From a virus, in the IMG/VR virus record IMGVR_UViG_3300046453_000081, positions 45,236 through 109,235 of that record: a stretch of DNA of 64,000 nt; one strand, 5' to 3'. Shown piece after piece: positions 1-10,294 of this stretch. How positions within the stretch are numbered: position 1 is the stretch's first letter; each line of letters begins with the position of its first letter. Both the position numbers and the translations under genes were made by a program. The notes under the pieces are model-generated. The model searched no databases, was not told the origin of the DNA, and worked only from the letters and a program-made list of their open reading frames with translations.

Positions 1-79
1 CACAGGTTGAGCAACCGCCATATGAATGTGTATCAGTGTATATTTCGTTGATTCCACCATTTTTCATTTCTAATATCAT
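1..79 (-). CDS. Hypothetical protein, 5' part only (runs off window; MILEMKNGG...GGCSTC)
   Basis: ATG at 79 after GGAG RBS; open to window edge; CxxC. Confidence 0.6.
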   Translation of the reverse strand, partial: MILEMKNGGINEIYTDTHSYGGCSTC

Positions 80-101
80 TAATATCACTCCTAATAGTTT
101 T

Positions 102-431
102 TTATTCTCCTACTTCACCATAATAAAGTTTAACTAAATAAGTAGGTATATCTACATTGAGTTTTTCTTTTACTTGATTGACAAATTGTTCTTTCATCTG
201 TGGGAGTGTCATAGTTTCCATTAATTCCTCAATATCAATGCCCGCATAACTTACATAATCGTAATCGCCATAGAAGTTTACTACTTTGCCATCACTAATA
301 CCATAACTACATCTAGGTTTGTCAATTTTTTCTGCTTTCAATAATTCCTCAATAGTATTGTCATTACTTACCCCAACAATTACAAAACTACTAGAACTTG
401 AGTTCGTCACAAAACTTTTACGTATTTTCAA
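102..431 (-). CDS. Uncharacterised protein with N-terminal MKIRxxFVTNSSSSSF motif
   Basis: Recognisable conserved N-terminal motif; GGAGG RBS. Confidence 0.75.
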   Translation of the reverse strand: MKIRKSFVTNSSSSSFVIVGVSNDNTIEELLKAEKIDKPRCSYGISDGKVVNFYGDYDYVSYAGIDIEELMETMTLPQMKEQFVNQVKEKLNVDIPTYLVKLYYGEVGE

Positions 432-447
432 AATGCATATACCTCCC

Positions 448-891
448 TTATTTTGTCATTGCATCTTTTACTAGCTGTGAAACTTGCTTCATATCTACCT
501 TACCTTTTAATCTCTGAGACAGGTACTTCATGATATTATCAATTTCACCATTTTCGGCTAAACTGATTACATGTGCAATTACTTCTAACACTTCTGTTGC
601 AGACATTTGTTTTGGCAAATATGTTAATAATAACTCTTTTTCTGCAACTTGTTTTGAAGTATCACGCCCCGCATTGACCAATGACTCTACTTCTTGATTA
701 ATTGTTTTAAGGTTTTTGCTAATTGCATCAATAATGTCTGATTCAGTCAACTCAGTCATTAATGTTAACTTTTTTTCAACTTTCTTTTTTTCGATAGTCG
801 CAATTAGCATTCTAAGAGTGGACAACTTATCTTTTTCTTTATTACGCATGGCTTGTTTCATATCATTCTGAATCGTTTCAATTAGTTTCAT
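448..891 (-). CDS. GatB/YqeY domain protein
   Basis: IQNDMKQAMRNKEKDKLSTLRM...YLPKQMS...KGKVDMKQVS pattern typical of YqeY. Confidence 0.85.
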   Translation of the reverse strand: MKLIETIQNDMKQAMRNKEKDKLSTLRMLIATIEKKKVEKKLTLMTELTESDIIDAISKNLKTINQEVESLVNAGRDTSKQVAEKELLLTYLPKQMSATEVLEVIAHVISLAENGEIDNIMKYLSQRLKGKVDMKQVSQLVKDAMTK

Positions 892-1214
892 TTTGTTGGC
901 TCTCCTGTCTTTTTCTTTTCATCTTTAAAAGTGTATAATTTTAATGAAAATAATTTTTTAAATGTTGGAAATGTAATACCAATAATCATTGGTGGAATAT
1001 CGAATATCATTCTAATAACATGATATAGTCTTAAATCCTTTTTATACTGTCCAATTAAAATATGTTTATATCCTTTTTTAAAGCCATATTCTGTTACTTC
1101 ATCCCAAACATCATAAGCACGTAATAGGAAATATATTGCGTAAACAATCCATAGAATCATTTGCCACCAAGTTAAAGACACAAGTCGTGTCAACCAAAAA
1201 TCAATATCAAACAT
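888..1214 (-). CDS. Small membrane protein
   Basis: Hydrophobic segments; likely start MFDIDF after AGGAG RBS. Confidence 0.6.
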   Translation of the reverse strand: MFDIDFWLTRLVSLTWWQMILWIVYAIYFLLRAYDVWDEVTEYGFKKGYKHILIGQYKKDLRLYHVIRMIFDIPPMIIGITFPTFKKLFSLKLYTFKDEKKKTGEPTK

Positions 1215-1339
1215 TTTATCACTTCTCCTTTTATAAAAATAACTTACAGATGCTCTCCATAATACTGTCAAGAGCAGATAAGAAAACTATCAATATGAGA
1301 GTGAATGCAAAGGGGTGTTTGTCTGCAAACTTCCACATA

Positions 1340-1540
1340 TTATTCAGATTCAATCCATTCAAATTCTAATTCAACTAGGTCTTGAATATGGTCATTCTTG
1401 TCTATGAATCTGTACCAAGTATCATTCCATTCTGAAAGACCTACACATGTCACAATCTCACCTATTACAAAATCATGCGCCCCTGCTTCTTCGTAATCAA
1501 TTACTTTTGCTTGTTTTCCTATTTTCATTATATTTAGCAC
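1340..1540 (-). CDS. Hypothetical protein
   Basis: ORF in tightly packed operon. Confidence 0.6.
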   Translation of the reverse strand: MLNIMKIGKQAKVIDYEEAGAHDFVIGEIVTCVGLSEWNDTWYRFIDKNDHIQDLVELEFEWIESE

Positions 1541-1543
1541 TCC

Positions 1544-2632
1544 TTAGACATTAAAAATATTTTTCTCTTCTCTATTGCACAATGTTATTTGGTTCACTAC
1601 AGGACATCCACCCATGCATAATTCCCTTTGTTTGCAACCTCCACAGCTATATCTTAAATGATTGCGGAATTGATTAAATAAATCACTATTCCAACCTTCC
1701 TCAATAGAATGAGTATTTAAATCTATTGCCCATCTTTCTTTTTGGTTGTCAAATGAACATGGTAGCAATTTATTGTCAGGTGTAATATAACAACTGTACC
1801 TACTTGCTTCGCAAGCATCTGTACTATCCATATTGATATTCTTATTAAAATTGACTAATCCTGCCATATTGCAACTATCAAACCCAATTTGAAAGTCAAA
1901 ATTCATTTGGTCAATGATGCTATAAAATTCTGCAACCTTTGGGTCATCAACTTTTAATACATTTGCTTCACTACCTAATCCAACAGGTTTATGCAATAAG
2001 AAAACAACCGCATTAATTCCTTTAGGGAAATCATTGTTTTTTAATCTCTCGATAGCTTCATCAATACTATTGTTGCCAAGAACATAATGAATATTGGTTG
2101 AGATTCCTGCATCAATAAACATTTGTAATGCTCTATAAGTGTGAGATTGACGATAGAAGCTGACTGCCACAGAACCCGCAAATTCTTTTGTAATCTCTAC
2201 TTCCTTCTTAGTTAGTCCAAGCCCACTAGTCGTGTAGTTGGGTGCAATCCCATTTTCTCTACAATAACTCATAATTTCAGCAAACGACTCATGCTTGTTG
2301 ACATCTCCTCTGCCCCCTAAAGCAAACTGAAATGAATTACCTTTTGATTGGTCAACAATTTTTTTGAAAGTTTCTAAGGACATATTTGGTTCTGTTTTTC
2401 CTAATCCGTTTTGATAGCATTCTACTCCTGCTTTAACACATAGACCTGATTTACCATGTATACAGCTTCCCATAATGCCAACGTCAATTAATTCAGGGTA
2501 CGATGCCATAAATGGGTCAATCCCTGTATCCTTACCGTTGTCAATGATTCCTGTTCTTACATAGAATCCTGTCTCAGTATTAAACATAGATACAAATTTA
2601 TTTTCCTTATCTACTCTAGTAATCATGCTCAT
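1544..2632 (-). CDS. Radical SAM enzyme with C-terminal SPASM domain
   Basis: Variant cluster motif CIHGKSGLCVKAGVECYQ, GGRGD, NYTTSG, and SPASM cysteines CEAS..PCSF..CGGC..CMGGC. Confidence 0.85.
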   Translation of the reverse strand: MSMITRVDKENKFVSMFNTETGFYVRTGIIDNGKDTGIDPFMASYPELIDVGIMGSCIHGKSGLCVKAGVECYQNGLGKTEPNMSLETFKKIVDQSKGNSFQFALGGRGDVNKHESFAEIMSYCRENGIAPNYTTSGLGLTKKEVEITKEFAGSVAVSFYRQSHTYRALQMFIDAGISTNIHYVLGNNSIDEAIERLKNNDFPKGINAVVFLLHKPVGLGSEANVLKVDDPKVAEFYSIIDQMNFDFQIGFDSCNMAGLVNFNKNINMDSTDACEASRYSCYITPDNKLLPCSFDNQKERWAIDLNTHSIEEGWNSDLFNQFRNHLRYSCGGCKQRELCMGGCPVVNQITLCNREEKNIFNV

Positions 2633-2678
2633 TTTAATGTTCCCCTTTTACTGTTTAGTTTATTATATTTATCACTTA

Positions 2679-3017
2679 TTATACACTATAATTATTTGGA
2701 TGATATTGTAATGATTGTTCAAATCTAATTTCTTCACCATCTTCATTCTTAACAAAATGGTATACTCTAACATCTATGCCACACTCAACACAATTCGCTA
2801 CACCATGTGCTATTCCCCATTGAATATATAGAGATTCATCACACAACCAACATGTTTTAGATGGTTTTACAAAAGCTTTTAGATATTCATTTAACAAATC
2901 TTCTGATATTCCTTTTGGAATTCTTATTAAGTCCTCGACTGTTGCAACAGGAAGCTTTTTTGCTTCTTCAAGTTTCTTTGCAGTTTCTTCTTTATTCATT
3001 GTATTAGTTACCTCCAA
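2679..3017 (-). CDS. Zn-ribbon hypothetical protein
   Basis: CxxC...CxxC. Confidence 0.6.
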   Translation of the reverse strand: MEVTNTMNKEETAKKLEEAKKLPVATVEDLIRIPKGISEDLLNEYLKAFVKPSKTCWLCDESLYIQWGIAHGVANCVECGIDVRVYHFVKNEDGEEIRFEQSLQYHPNNYSV

Positions 3018-4041
3018 TCAGATTATTCACATGCTCAACTGCTGTTTCAAGTCTTTCTTGATAATTGCCTGAAATACTGACATAATTAACATAAAATTCT
3101 TTTAACAATCCTTTTAGATATTCATTGTTAGATTCACGTATACCTTGTTCCCCATGAACTCTAGTTCCATCATCCACCCACTTTACATCAGGTTCTAGGA
3201 ACAACCATAAATCATATTCTTGCATATGAGCGATTGCTTCTAAAATAGGATTCCACTTCTTCAAGTATAGCAAAGAATAGTATTGAGTGACTATTGCTTC
3301 TGTGTCAATAAAAAGAACTTTATTCGCCTTTTGTAATTGCACTTTTTCATGGTATTTATGTTCGAAAGCTATTTCAGGATAATCAGATGGCAATGTTATA
3401 TCGTCACATCCACCAAGTCGTTCATAGAAGGTTCTGCCAAATTCTTCTACAAAAGTTGTGTTATATAGACTTGCTAAATTTTTAACTAGAGTTGACTTTC
3501 CGCAACTTTCCGTCCCTACAATTACTACCTTCTTAGCAAAGTATGGTCTAACAATTTCAGGTAGCATGTCCCAATGTTTCATCGCTCCCTCAGTTCTTAG
3601 TTCAGTGGCTGATATATTATAATTTTCTCGTTTAGCATCAACAACAACATGTTGTGCTGTCGGATACAGTTTACTAAAGAACTCACCATATTCATGTTCT
3701 GAACTGAATACTACATCAATATGTTTGCCAATAGCTTTTTTAATACCATCTGCCCCTTTTTCCCAATCCGAGAACTGTCCTGTTTGTTTCTCCTCTATTG
3801 CATGAACGTGGACATGGGACATATCCTTTGTTATCTGTTTCCACCATCGTAGTCGAATATTGAAAGGCACATGCTCCATTTTTGTATTTTTAAATAATAC
3901 ATTTTTCTCAAATTCATCATCATATGAAACTATAATGTGTAATTCGTCCACCATTGTACTTGCCTTAATCATTGCGTAAACATGTCCATTGTGGATAGGG
4001 CTGAATTTACCTCCATAAAAACCAACTTTACCAACTGTCAT
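3004..4041 (-). CDS. nadR: NadR-type bifunctional NMN adenylyltransferase / ribosylnicotinamide kinase (no HTH)
   Basis: GKFSPIHNGH nucleotidyltransferase motif, ISAT, Walker A GTESCGKST, WVDDGTR. Confidence 0.92.
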   Translation of the reverse strand: MTVGKVGFYGGKFSPIHNGHVYAMIKASTMVDELHIIVSYDDEFEKNVLFKNTKMEHVPFNIRLRWWKQITKDMSHVHVHAIEEKQTGQFSDWEKGADGIKKAIGKHIDVVFSSEHEYGEFFSKLYPTAQHVVVDAKRENYNISATELRTEGAMKHWDMLPEIVRPYFAKKVVIVGTESCGKSTLVKNLASLYNTTFVEEFGRTFYERLGGCDDITLPSDYPEIAFEHKYHEKVQLQKANKVLFIDTEAIVTQYYSLLYLKKWNPILEAIAHMQEYDLWLFLEPDVKWVDDGTRVHGEQGIRESNNEYLKGLLKEFYVNYVSISGNYQERLETAVEHVNNLIGGN

Positions 4042-4733
4042 TATCTCTCACCTTGTTCCTTTGATAGTTTCAGCCAATTGATGAACCCAAATACCGAGTT
4101 GACCAAAAATGCTGACCACATCACTAACATTGCGTAATCGTTCCCGCCTTTTGAAGCCAATACAATGAACCACATTGTAACCGATAATACATTTACTACA
4201 ATCCACAAAACCCACTGTTCTGCAAATCGTTTTAACATTAAAAATTGTGCAATGATAGATAACACTACCGCTATTGAATCCAATCTAACCTGTTGCCCAC
4301 CAATTGCATTTAGAATATAAGCATAAATACTGGAAGTGACCACCATTATTGTAATTAAGTACACCCAACCTTTATTTGTTAAACGATTAACTATAACATC
4401 TTCACCTTTAACACTGTTATCTGTCTTATGCTTGCTCCACATATAGATACCAATAAATTGAATTGGAAGATAGAATAAGCCATTTAGCATTGACTCTCCG
4501 TATAATCCATATGTGTAGGAGATATACGTGTAGGTGACTGTTTGAACAATACCAAAGTAGTAGTTTGATATTTTGCCTTTTGCAACAAGCAGAACGCAAA
4601 GCATACCTGTTATTGAACTTACAAGTCCAATTAATGAATCATGGAGTGCAATAAAGAGATATATGTTTACTCCTGTGAATGTTAATAGCCACATCTTTTC
4701 GAATAGTGTCCAATCCTTTAGTAATTTGTTCAT
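4041..4733 (-). CDS. pnuC: Nicotinamide riboside transporter PnuC
   Basis: Multi-TM; LVAKGKISNYYFG, EQWVLWIVVN motifs; translationally coupled to nadR. Confidence 0.9.
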   Translation of the reverse strand: MNKLLKDWTLFEKMWLLTFTGVNIYLFIALHDSLIGLVSSITGMLCVLLVAKGKISNYYFGIVQTVTYTYISYTYGLYGESMLNGLFYLPIQFIGIYMWSKHKTDNSVKGEDVIVNRLTNKGWVYLITIMVVTSSIYAYILNAIGGQQVRLDSIAVVLSIIAQFLMLKRFAEQWVLWIVVNVLSVTMWFIVLASKGGNDYAMLVMWSAFLVNSVFGFINWLKLSKEQGER

Positions 4734-4763
4734 TATAATTATCACCCTTCATGTTTAAGTTTT

Positions 4764-5231
4764 TTAATAAAAACAACCATATCCAATCTGTACGTTTAGG
4801 TTTCCCCAATATCCATTTATAGCCTGTGCTTCCAACACTCTATATTCAAAGTTTTTGGGCATACTGTAGGAGATAAACCACATAAATAATTCAAACATAT
4901 CTCCTCCGCTTAGATAATCATTACCTTTAGTTAGCTTTTTACCATACATTGTACAACCATGTTCAATAAGTATTTCTAATGCTTCCTCTTCAATTTCTGA
5001 ATCTTGATATTCTGTTGCTATTTGTCGCCAACTACCATATCCGTTGCATTCAGGTAATCCAGTATAGTTTTCATTATGATTTAATTGCAATCCAATCTTT
5101 TTACATGTGTCCTTGTATGCTTGCTGTAAATCTTCAACTGGATAGTTTGAAATAATATAGTAGTCACTGCTTTGATTGTGACCATCACATGACCAATCAC
5201 CAATAGGCACTTTCAATATATGTTCTGTCAT
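4764..5231 (-). CDS. Hypothetical phage protein
   Basis: 155-aa ORF with RBS. Confidence 0.65.
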   Translation of the reverse strand: MTEHILKVPIGDWSCDGHNQSSDYYIISNYPVEDLQQAYKDTCKKIGLQLNHNENYTGLPECNGYGSWRQIATEYQDSEIEEEALEILIEHGCTMYGKKLTKGNDYLSGGDMFELFMWFISYSMPKNFEYRVLEAQAINGYWGNLNVQIGYGCFY

Positions 5232-5255
5232 CGTTATTTTTCTCTCCCTGTTAGG

Positions 5256-5561
5256 TTATTTTTCAGTAGAACTCCTCAACCCTAAAGCTAATTCGATTAC
5301 TTGAATATAGTAATCATCCCAATTTTTATCAGGCAACTTGTAATCTAGACACCCTTCTTGTCTAAGTAGGTTTCTAACGTTTGTTCCCCAACCATGATGA
5401 TATGGGATTGCCCATTCTATCTCTCCATCTTGCTCATACGCATTTTTGATTTCATCTATTTCTTCTTGTTCAAATTCCTTTTGAATTAATTTAACACATT
5501 CTTCTAAGAAATCTTTTGGTATTTCTGACAACTTTTCGTCATAATATGCTTTATTCGACAT
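5256..5561 (-). CDS. Hypothetical protein
   Basis: ORF with AGGAGG RBS. Confidence 0.65.
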   Translation of the reverse strand: MSNKAYYDEKLSEIPKDFLEECVKLIQKEFEQEEIDEIKNAYEQDGEIEWAIPYHHGWGTNVRNLLRQEGCLDYKLPDKNWDDYYIQVIELALGLRSSTEK

Positions 5562-5639
5562 GGTTTTCCTCCTATGTTCGTTATATAATACAATACGTGG
5601 ATATGAGTCTAGTAAAGGATTCAGAATATTCCAAATATG

Positions 5640-5668
5640 TTTACTAATTGTAAAAATCTGTTATAATA
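5640..5668 (+). promoter_or_regulatory. sigmaA-like promoter for the plus-strand endonuclease
   Basis: TTTACT...TGTTATAAT upstream of GGGGAG RBS. Confidence 0.55.
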
Positions 5669-5680
5669 ATATTATGGGGA

Positions 5681-6052
5681 GTGAATTATATGATTTCAAA
5701 TAATAATAAGTTATTACAAGGCAATATCGGTTTAGGTATCGCTATATCATACTTCACTTTAAATGGCTGTATAGTTAGCATACCTTTAAACGATATTCAG
5801 GATTATGATTTAATCGTAGACTTTGGAGATAGCAAACCAACTAAAATTCAAGTTAAGACTACAACTTGTATAGAAAGAGGTAAATACAAGGTTGCCTTAA
5901 AAACAACTGCTAAACTTTTTACAAACAATCAATCAGACTATTTATTCGTTGTTGATGGTGATGGCAATAAATATTTAATACCAAGAAGTAAGGTGAAGGC
6001 TAGTAGTGCAATTGTTTTAGGGAACAATTATTCTAAATATGTGGTTTGTTAA
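5681..6052 (+). CDS. Free-standing PD-(D/E)XK endonuclease (I-Ssp6803I-like homing-endonuclease family)
   Basis: GNIGLGIAISYF..VSIPLND...YDLIVD....KIQVKT motif; only convincing plus-strand gene. Confidence 0.75.
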   Translation: MNYMISNNNKLLQGNIGLGIAISYFTLNGCIVSIPLNDIQDYDLIVDFGDSKPTKIQVKTTTCIERGKYKVALKTTAKLFTNNQSDYLFVVDGDGNKYLIPRSKVKASSAIVLGNNYSKYVVC

Positions 6053-6270
6053 AAGTTTTTAATAAACTTTCCATACCAGTAATATACACGATTTCCAACA
6101 AAAAGAGAGTCATCTGATTTTTTAACTTGACCTGTACATTCAAATCCGTATGATTCCATCAATTTAATGTGGTCTTCTCTTTCTTCTTTAGAATCATATT
6201 TAAATTCAAGAACCTTAAATTCAGATATTTTTTCCACAATTATCACTCCTTTTATTGACCTTATAGTCAA
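6049..6270 (-). CDS. Hypothetical protein
   Basis: ORF in operon. Confidence 0.55.
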   Translation of the reverse strand: MTIRSIKGVIIVEKISEFKVLEFKYDSKEEREDHIKLMESYGFECTGQVKKSDDSLFVGNRVYYWYGKFIKNF

Positions 6271-6455
6271 ATGTACATTTTCTTACGTTTGAATTCTTCT
6301 CGACTAAATACTCTGCCAATCCTTTTAAACTTCCTTTTAGTTGAATTGTATTTAATCACGCAGGGCTTACACATGCTTGTTAACCTGTCTGTAGCTGAAT
6401 CATAGTAAAAATTATCTTCATCTTTTTCACATTCGCACATTGTACATCTTTTCAT
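6267..6455 (-). CDS. Small Zn-binding protein
   Basis: CxxC...CxxC, basic C-terminus. Confidence 0.55.
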   Translation of the reverse strand: MKRCTMCECEKDEDNFYYDSATDRLTSMCKPCVIKYNSTKRKFKRIGRVFSREEFKRKKMYI

Positions 6456-6825
6456 GCAAATACCTCTAATTTTTTATTGTTTTATTAAATTATTTTTCGG
6501 TTAAAGATTCTTCTTCTTCTGTATGCATAGCATAATAAAGCATTTCTGTAATTTCTCCAACTGCATTTAAATGAGTTTGATTTTCCATTATATTTTACCT
6601 CCCTACAGATACTTATTAGGTAGAAACTTTATTCATTCGTATGGTGTTTTACTTCTTAAGGCTTTTTCTCATTTCAAGTTGTTCTGATAATTCCGAAGTG
6701 GTAAAGAATGAAAGGATTGAATGAATTAATCTTCTTTTCACGAATAGCACCTCCCTGTATGGTCATGATATTTGAGACACAATTGTTGTCGTTAATGGCT
6801 CATAGGTTCGTATTGTGTCGTTTGG

Positions 6826-7032
6826 CTACTCAATTTCATCAACATCTAAATCAACAACGTCTGAATTGTCTAACCAGTTTCTCCAATCAATTTCACCGCT
6901 GATTACGTCCTCTTGTTTCCATCTTGATAAAGCATCAAACTCTTCTTCTGTCATGTCTAAATCAACTTCAAAGTTGGCTCGTAATCTGAGTTCACCTTTA
7001 ACTTTTATCATTTTTACACACCCTTTTTTCAA
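6826..7032 (-). CDS. Small acidic hypothetical protein
   Basis: ORF with RBS. Confidence 0.55.
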   Translation of the reverse strand: MKKGCVKMIKVKGELRLRANFEVDLDMTEEEFDALSRWKQEDVISGEIDWRNWLDNSDVVDLDVDEIE

Positions 7033-7265
7033 CGTGATATTTACAGTGTTTTTTACTTAATCTTGATAAAACGACCATACCTTCTAAGAAAAATCATAAC
7101 TGTTTCAATTTCTTGTGCGTTCCTGCTCGCTAATAAATCCTCAGCCAATGTTTCATGTAACCCAAATTTTTCTACTAATTCCTGATATTCTTTTTCATAC
7201 ATATTATCAATTACACCCACTTAGACCCCTCCCTCCTTTGTTTAATCATAATTTAACCATTGTAA

Positions 7266-7523
7266 TCAAAAGACTTTTACGCACAATCCTTTAGAGATAA
7301 AATATTGATTATAATCTTTATCTTCAATATATGTTTTCTCTAAATAATTTTCATCCAAGTCTTCAGTATGTCTACTAATAATGTCATTATAATCACTGCA
7401 TGTTTTAATAAATTTCTTAACTTCTACAAAACCAATATCGTATTCATCTGAACCAACTACATCTAAATTTCCATAACGCTTTCTTATTTCTTGCAAATCA
7501 TTTATTACATCGTCTATACTCAT
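7266..7523 (-). CDS. Hypothetical protein
   Basis: ORF. Confidence 0.55.
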   Translation of the reverse strand: MSIDDVINDLQEIRKRYGNLDVVGSDEYDIGFVEVKKFIKTCSDYNDIISRHTEDLDENYLEKTYIEDKDYNQYFISKGLCVKVF

Positions 7524-7533
7524 TTTGTTATGC

Positions 7534-7737
7534 CTACTCTCCCTGCAATGTTTGTATTGCTATGTCTACAGCGTCATCAATAGACAATGGATATAAAGAA
7601 TGAGTAATTTTACCTAACCCTTGTTCATAACGTTCTCTTAGTGCTTTTTCTTTTCGCCATTCACGATGTAGATTTAGATACTGAACGTCTAAATCAGCTA
7701 GTTTTTGCACTATTGATTCAAATGTTTTATCATCCAT
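7534..7737 (-). CDS. Hypothetical protein
   Basis: ORF with GGAGG RBS. Confidence 0.6.
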   Translation of the reverse strand: MDDKTFESIVQKLADLDVQYLNLHREWRKEKALRERYEQGLGKITHSLYPLSIDDAVDIAIQTLQGE

Positions 7738-8502
7738 TTTCTTTCCTCCTTCATTTTACAGCTTTTAGACAACTAGCCTTTTAAGTGCTTTGACTTAGAT
7801 AATTTTTCTCCTGCTTGTAGTTTTTTTAATACTTCATCATCATGGCTATTGTCGTTTGAATCATAGCCCAACTGTTCTCGTACCATTTCAACTAAAAAAT
7901 CTGCGTAACCTTCAATATGGTTCATAGAATCACTCTTTCGTCCTTATGGTCAACAATACGATTGAAATCGTATTGTAAATCACTTAATTTTGTCATTTTC
8001 ATTTTTACCATTTTCATTTTTATTTCCCTTTCTTGTTGAGCAATTTCCATCGTTAATGACTTATATCATCGAATTGCGAATTAACCCACTCGTTTTGAAT
8101 CATAGGTTAAATGAAATTTTAGCCAATAACAAGCTTCCTTTGATTCGTGCAAATCACCTTTAAAAAACTGTTTAATCATATTAAAGAAGAGGAATCCAAC
8201 ATGTTTCCAATCTTTCTTATCAAAATTAAATATCCTTTTAATCACCTAAATCCCTCCTTCGTTATATGCGTCTAATGGTTCGTAAGACGAATTAACACAT
8301 TAACAAATGATTGGTTGCCTTTCCTATCCAATACCAATTACCGTCATTTTTTCCTCTTAGTTTAGATACCTTGGAAAAGGCTTCGCCAAAGGAAATATTG
8401 TCGTATATTTGTGTGACCTCACCTGTTTTGGTATCCTTCATACAAACACCATTGTTCATCTTCGTTAACCCTCCCTAATTGCTATAGTTATCAGTTGTAT
8501 TG

Positions 8503-8691
8503 TTACCACTCATATTTATATAGAACATAATCGTCTGAAACTAACCTAAAATAAGATTCACTATGTTCGCCTGAAAGAGTATTGTTTAAAGCATTAACAA
8601 TAATCTCACCGTAGTACTTTTTAACATTTTCACAAACTAAGACATCATCAACTGTATCTCTGTTATAATTATCTACATTGATTATTTTCAT
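8503..8691 (-). CDS. Hypothetical protein
   Basis: ORF; likely start MKIINV. Confidence 0.55.
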   Translation of the reverse strand: MKIINVDNYNRDTVDDVLVCENVKKYYGEIIVNALNNTLSGEHSESYFRLVSDDYVLYKYEW

Positions 8692-8716
8692 TTCTAATAA
8701 TCCTTTCGAACAATTT

Positions 8717-8956
8717 TTAGTCAACTTTACAAGTTCTCCACTCTTCAAGTTCTAGTCTGTCTAGGGTAAAAAACATTGGAGTGTCGTCATTCATAAATTC
8801 AATAATCATCATTTTTCCTTTTTCATTGTCAGGACAATCATCAGGATTCTTATATGTTGATTCAGCGCTTACTACACTGTAGCTACCTCCATAAGCCCAA
8901 GAATCTCCGATGTATTCAATTCGACCACCTTCTTTTACTTTTGTTAAATCCAACAT
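8717..8956 (-). CDS. Hypothetical protein
   Basis: ORF with AGGAG RBS. Confidence 0.6.
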   Translation of the reverse strand: MLDLTKVKEGGRIEYIGDSWAYGGSYSVVSAESTYKNPDDCPDNEKGKMMIIEFMNDDTPMFFTLDRLELEEWRTCKVD

Positions 8957-8982
8957 TTTAGTTGCATCTCCTTATTGTTCGC

Positions 8983-9660
8983 TTACAATTCTTGCAGAAT
9001 TCTTCTGAACATTAAATCCCATTCATCTGCTTCTACTTCTTCATCACATTTTTCAACACTTAAGAGTAAAGCATTTTCACTAACTTCTACAAGATAAGGT
9101 AGTTCATTAATATATTTTTTAAGCAATGTTATCCTAAAGCCCTGACCACGATTATCAAAACTCCCAACAAAAGATTGTCTTTCTTGATTTAATTCAATCC
9201 CAAAAATATCAGTATACAAAGTCACTGTTTTCAGTGATAAATCCTCATAAATGTTATCATCTTTATCTTCATTGCAATGACTACACATGGTTTGGTAATT
9301 CGCCAATTCATTTTTCCCGCCTTTACTAACTGGAATGATGTGGTCTTTTGTCATAAGAACCTCATTGCCTTCTCCATCAACTGCATACAGGTTAAAGTGA
9401 TATATATCCGTTTTGTTTGTGCCTTTTGAGTCTCTTTCTTTGAAGAAGTATTGACCTTCAATTCCACAGCTTACACACTTCGTTCCACTAAGGATAAAAC
9501 ACTTATACCTATCTGAAGCCATTTTCATTAAATCTCCATCAAATTCAACTCTTTGTCTTGGGTCAGTCTTTTTCATATCAATAAATAGTTTGGCTTTTGA
9601 CAAAACTTCTTCAATTGTGTATTTCTCTTTTCTAATCATGTTTCTAGGATTTATAATCAT
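8983..9660 (-). CDS. HNH endonuclease-domain protein
   Basis: CVSCG...TKDHIIPVSKGGKNELANYQTMCSHCN. Confidence 0.85.
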   Translation of the reverse strand: MIINPRNMIRKEKYTIEEVLSKAKLFIDMKKTDPRQRVEFDGDLMKMASDRYKCFILSGTKCVSCGIEGQYFFKERDSKGTNKTDIYHFNLYAVDGEGNEVLMTKDHIIPVSKGGKNELANYQTMCSHCNEDKDDNIYEDLSLKTVTLYTDIFGIELNQERQSFVGSFDNRGQGFRITLLKKYINELPYLVEVSENALLLSVEKCDEEVEADEWDLMFRRILQEL

Positions 9661-9710
9661 GTTTATTTTCTCCTTTGTTAAAACATATCCTTTTCACTTT
9701 TATGGTAGTT

Positions 9711-9880
9711 TTACCCTTGTTCTTCAATATCATATTCACAATTGTTAATTCTCTCATACATATCCAAATACGCTTTAGTCTTATCTTTTTCTCCATTTCG
9801 ATAACATTCTGCATATTTATTAGATATATAAATTAGCATTTTTTCTTTATTCATTTTACAAATAGAATCCATATATGCCA
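9711..9880 (-). CDS. Hypothetical protein
   Basis: ORF with AAGGAG RBS; start approximate. Confidence 0.45.
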
Positions 9881-9900
9881 TTCTACCAATCACTCCTTTG

Positions 9901-10155
9901 TTAAAACATATCCATTGCATCTTCGCCCAAGTCTATATCTTCTTCTTCTACCTTGTTCATTTCCCACAAACAACAAAAAAGTCTCCAAAACATTCTTGCA
10001 TCTTCATGTTCGGCAATTTCGCAATAATAGACTTCATATTTTTCATTCAAGTAGTTCAAGGCTTCATACTTATCTTTGAATCTAGCCATTACTGGAATAA
10101 TCCTCCCCAAATGATTCCCGCAGAAATAGAACTGATTATAATAGCAATAAACCAC
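9901..10155 (-). CDS. Hypothetical protein
   Basis: ORF; real start likely MARFKD. Confidence 0.5.
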   Translation of the reverse strand: MVYCYYNQFYFCGNHLGRIIPVMARFKDKYEALNYLNEKYEVYYCEIAEHEDARMFWRLFCCLWEMNKVEEEDIDLGEDAMDMF

Positions 10156-10274
10156 ATTATTGCATGAAACTTGTTCAAGCTACCGCCAAAAAAGAATTTT
10201 ACCAACCCTTGAAATGCAAACAATCCAAAACATACTAATAATACCCAAGCTGTTATTGTCATTTTTAATTCCAC
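10089..10274 (-). CDS. Small two-TM membrane protein
   Basis: Two hydrophobic helices. Confidence 0.55.
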   Translation of the reverse strand: MELKMTITAWVLLVCFGLFAFQGLVKFFFGGSLNKFHAIMWFIAIIISSISAGIIWGGLFQ

Positions 10275-10294
10275 CTTTTAGTTTATCAATTATA

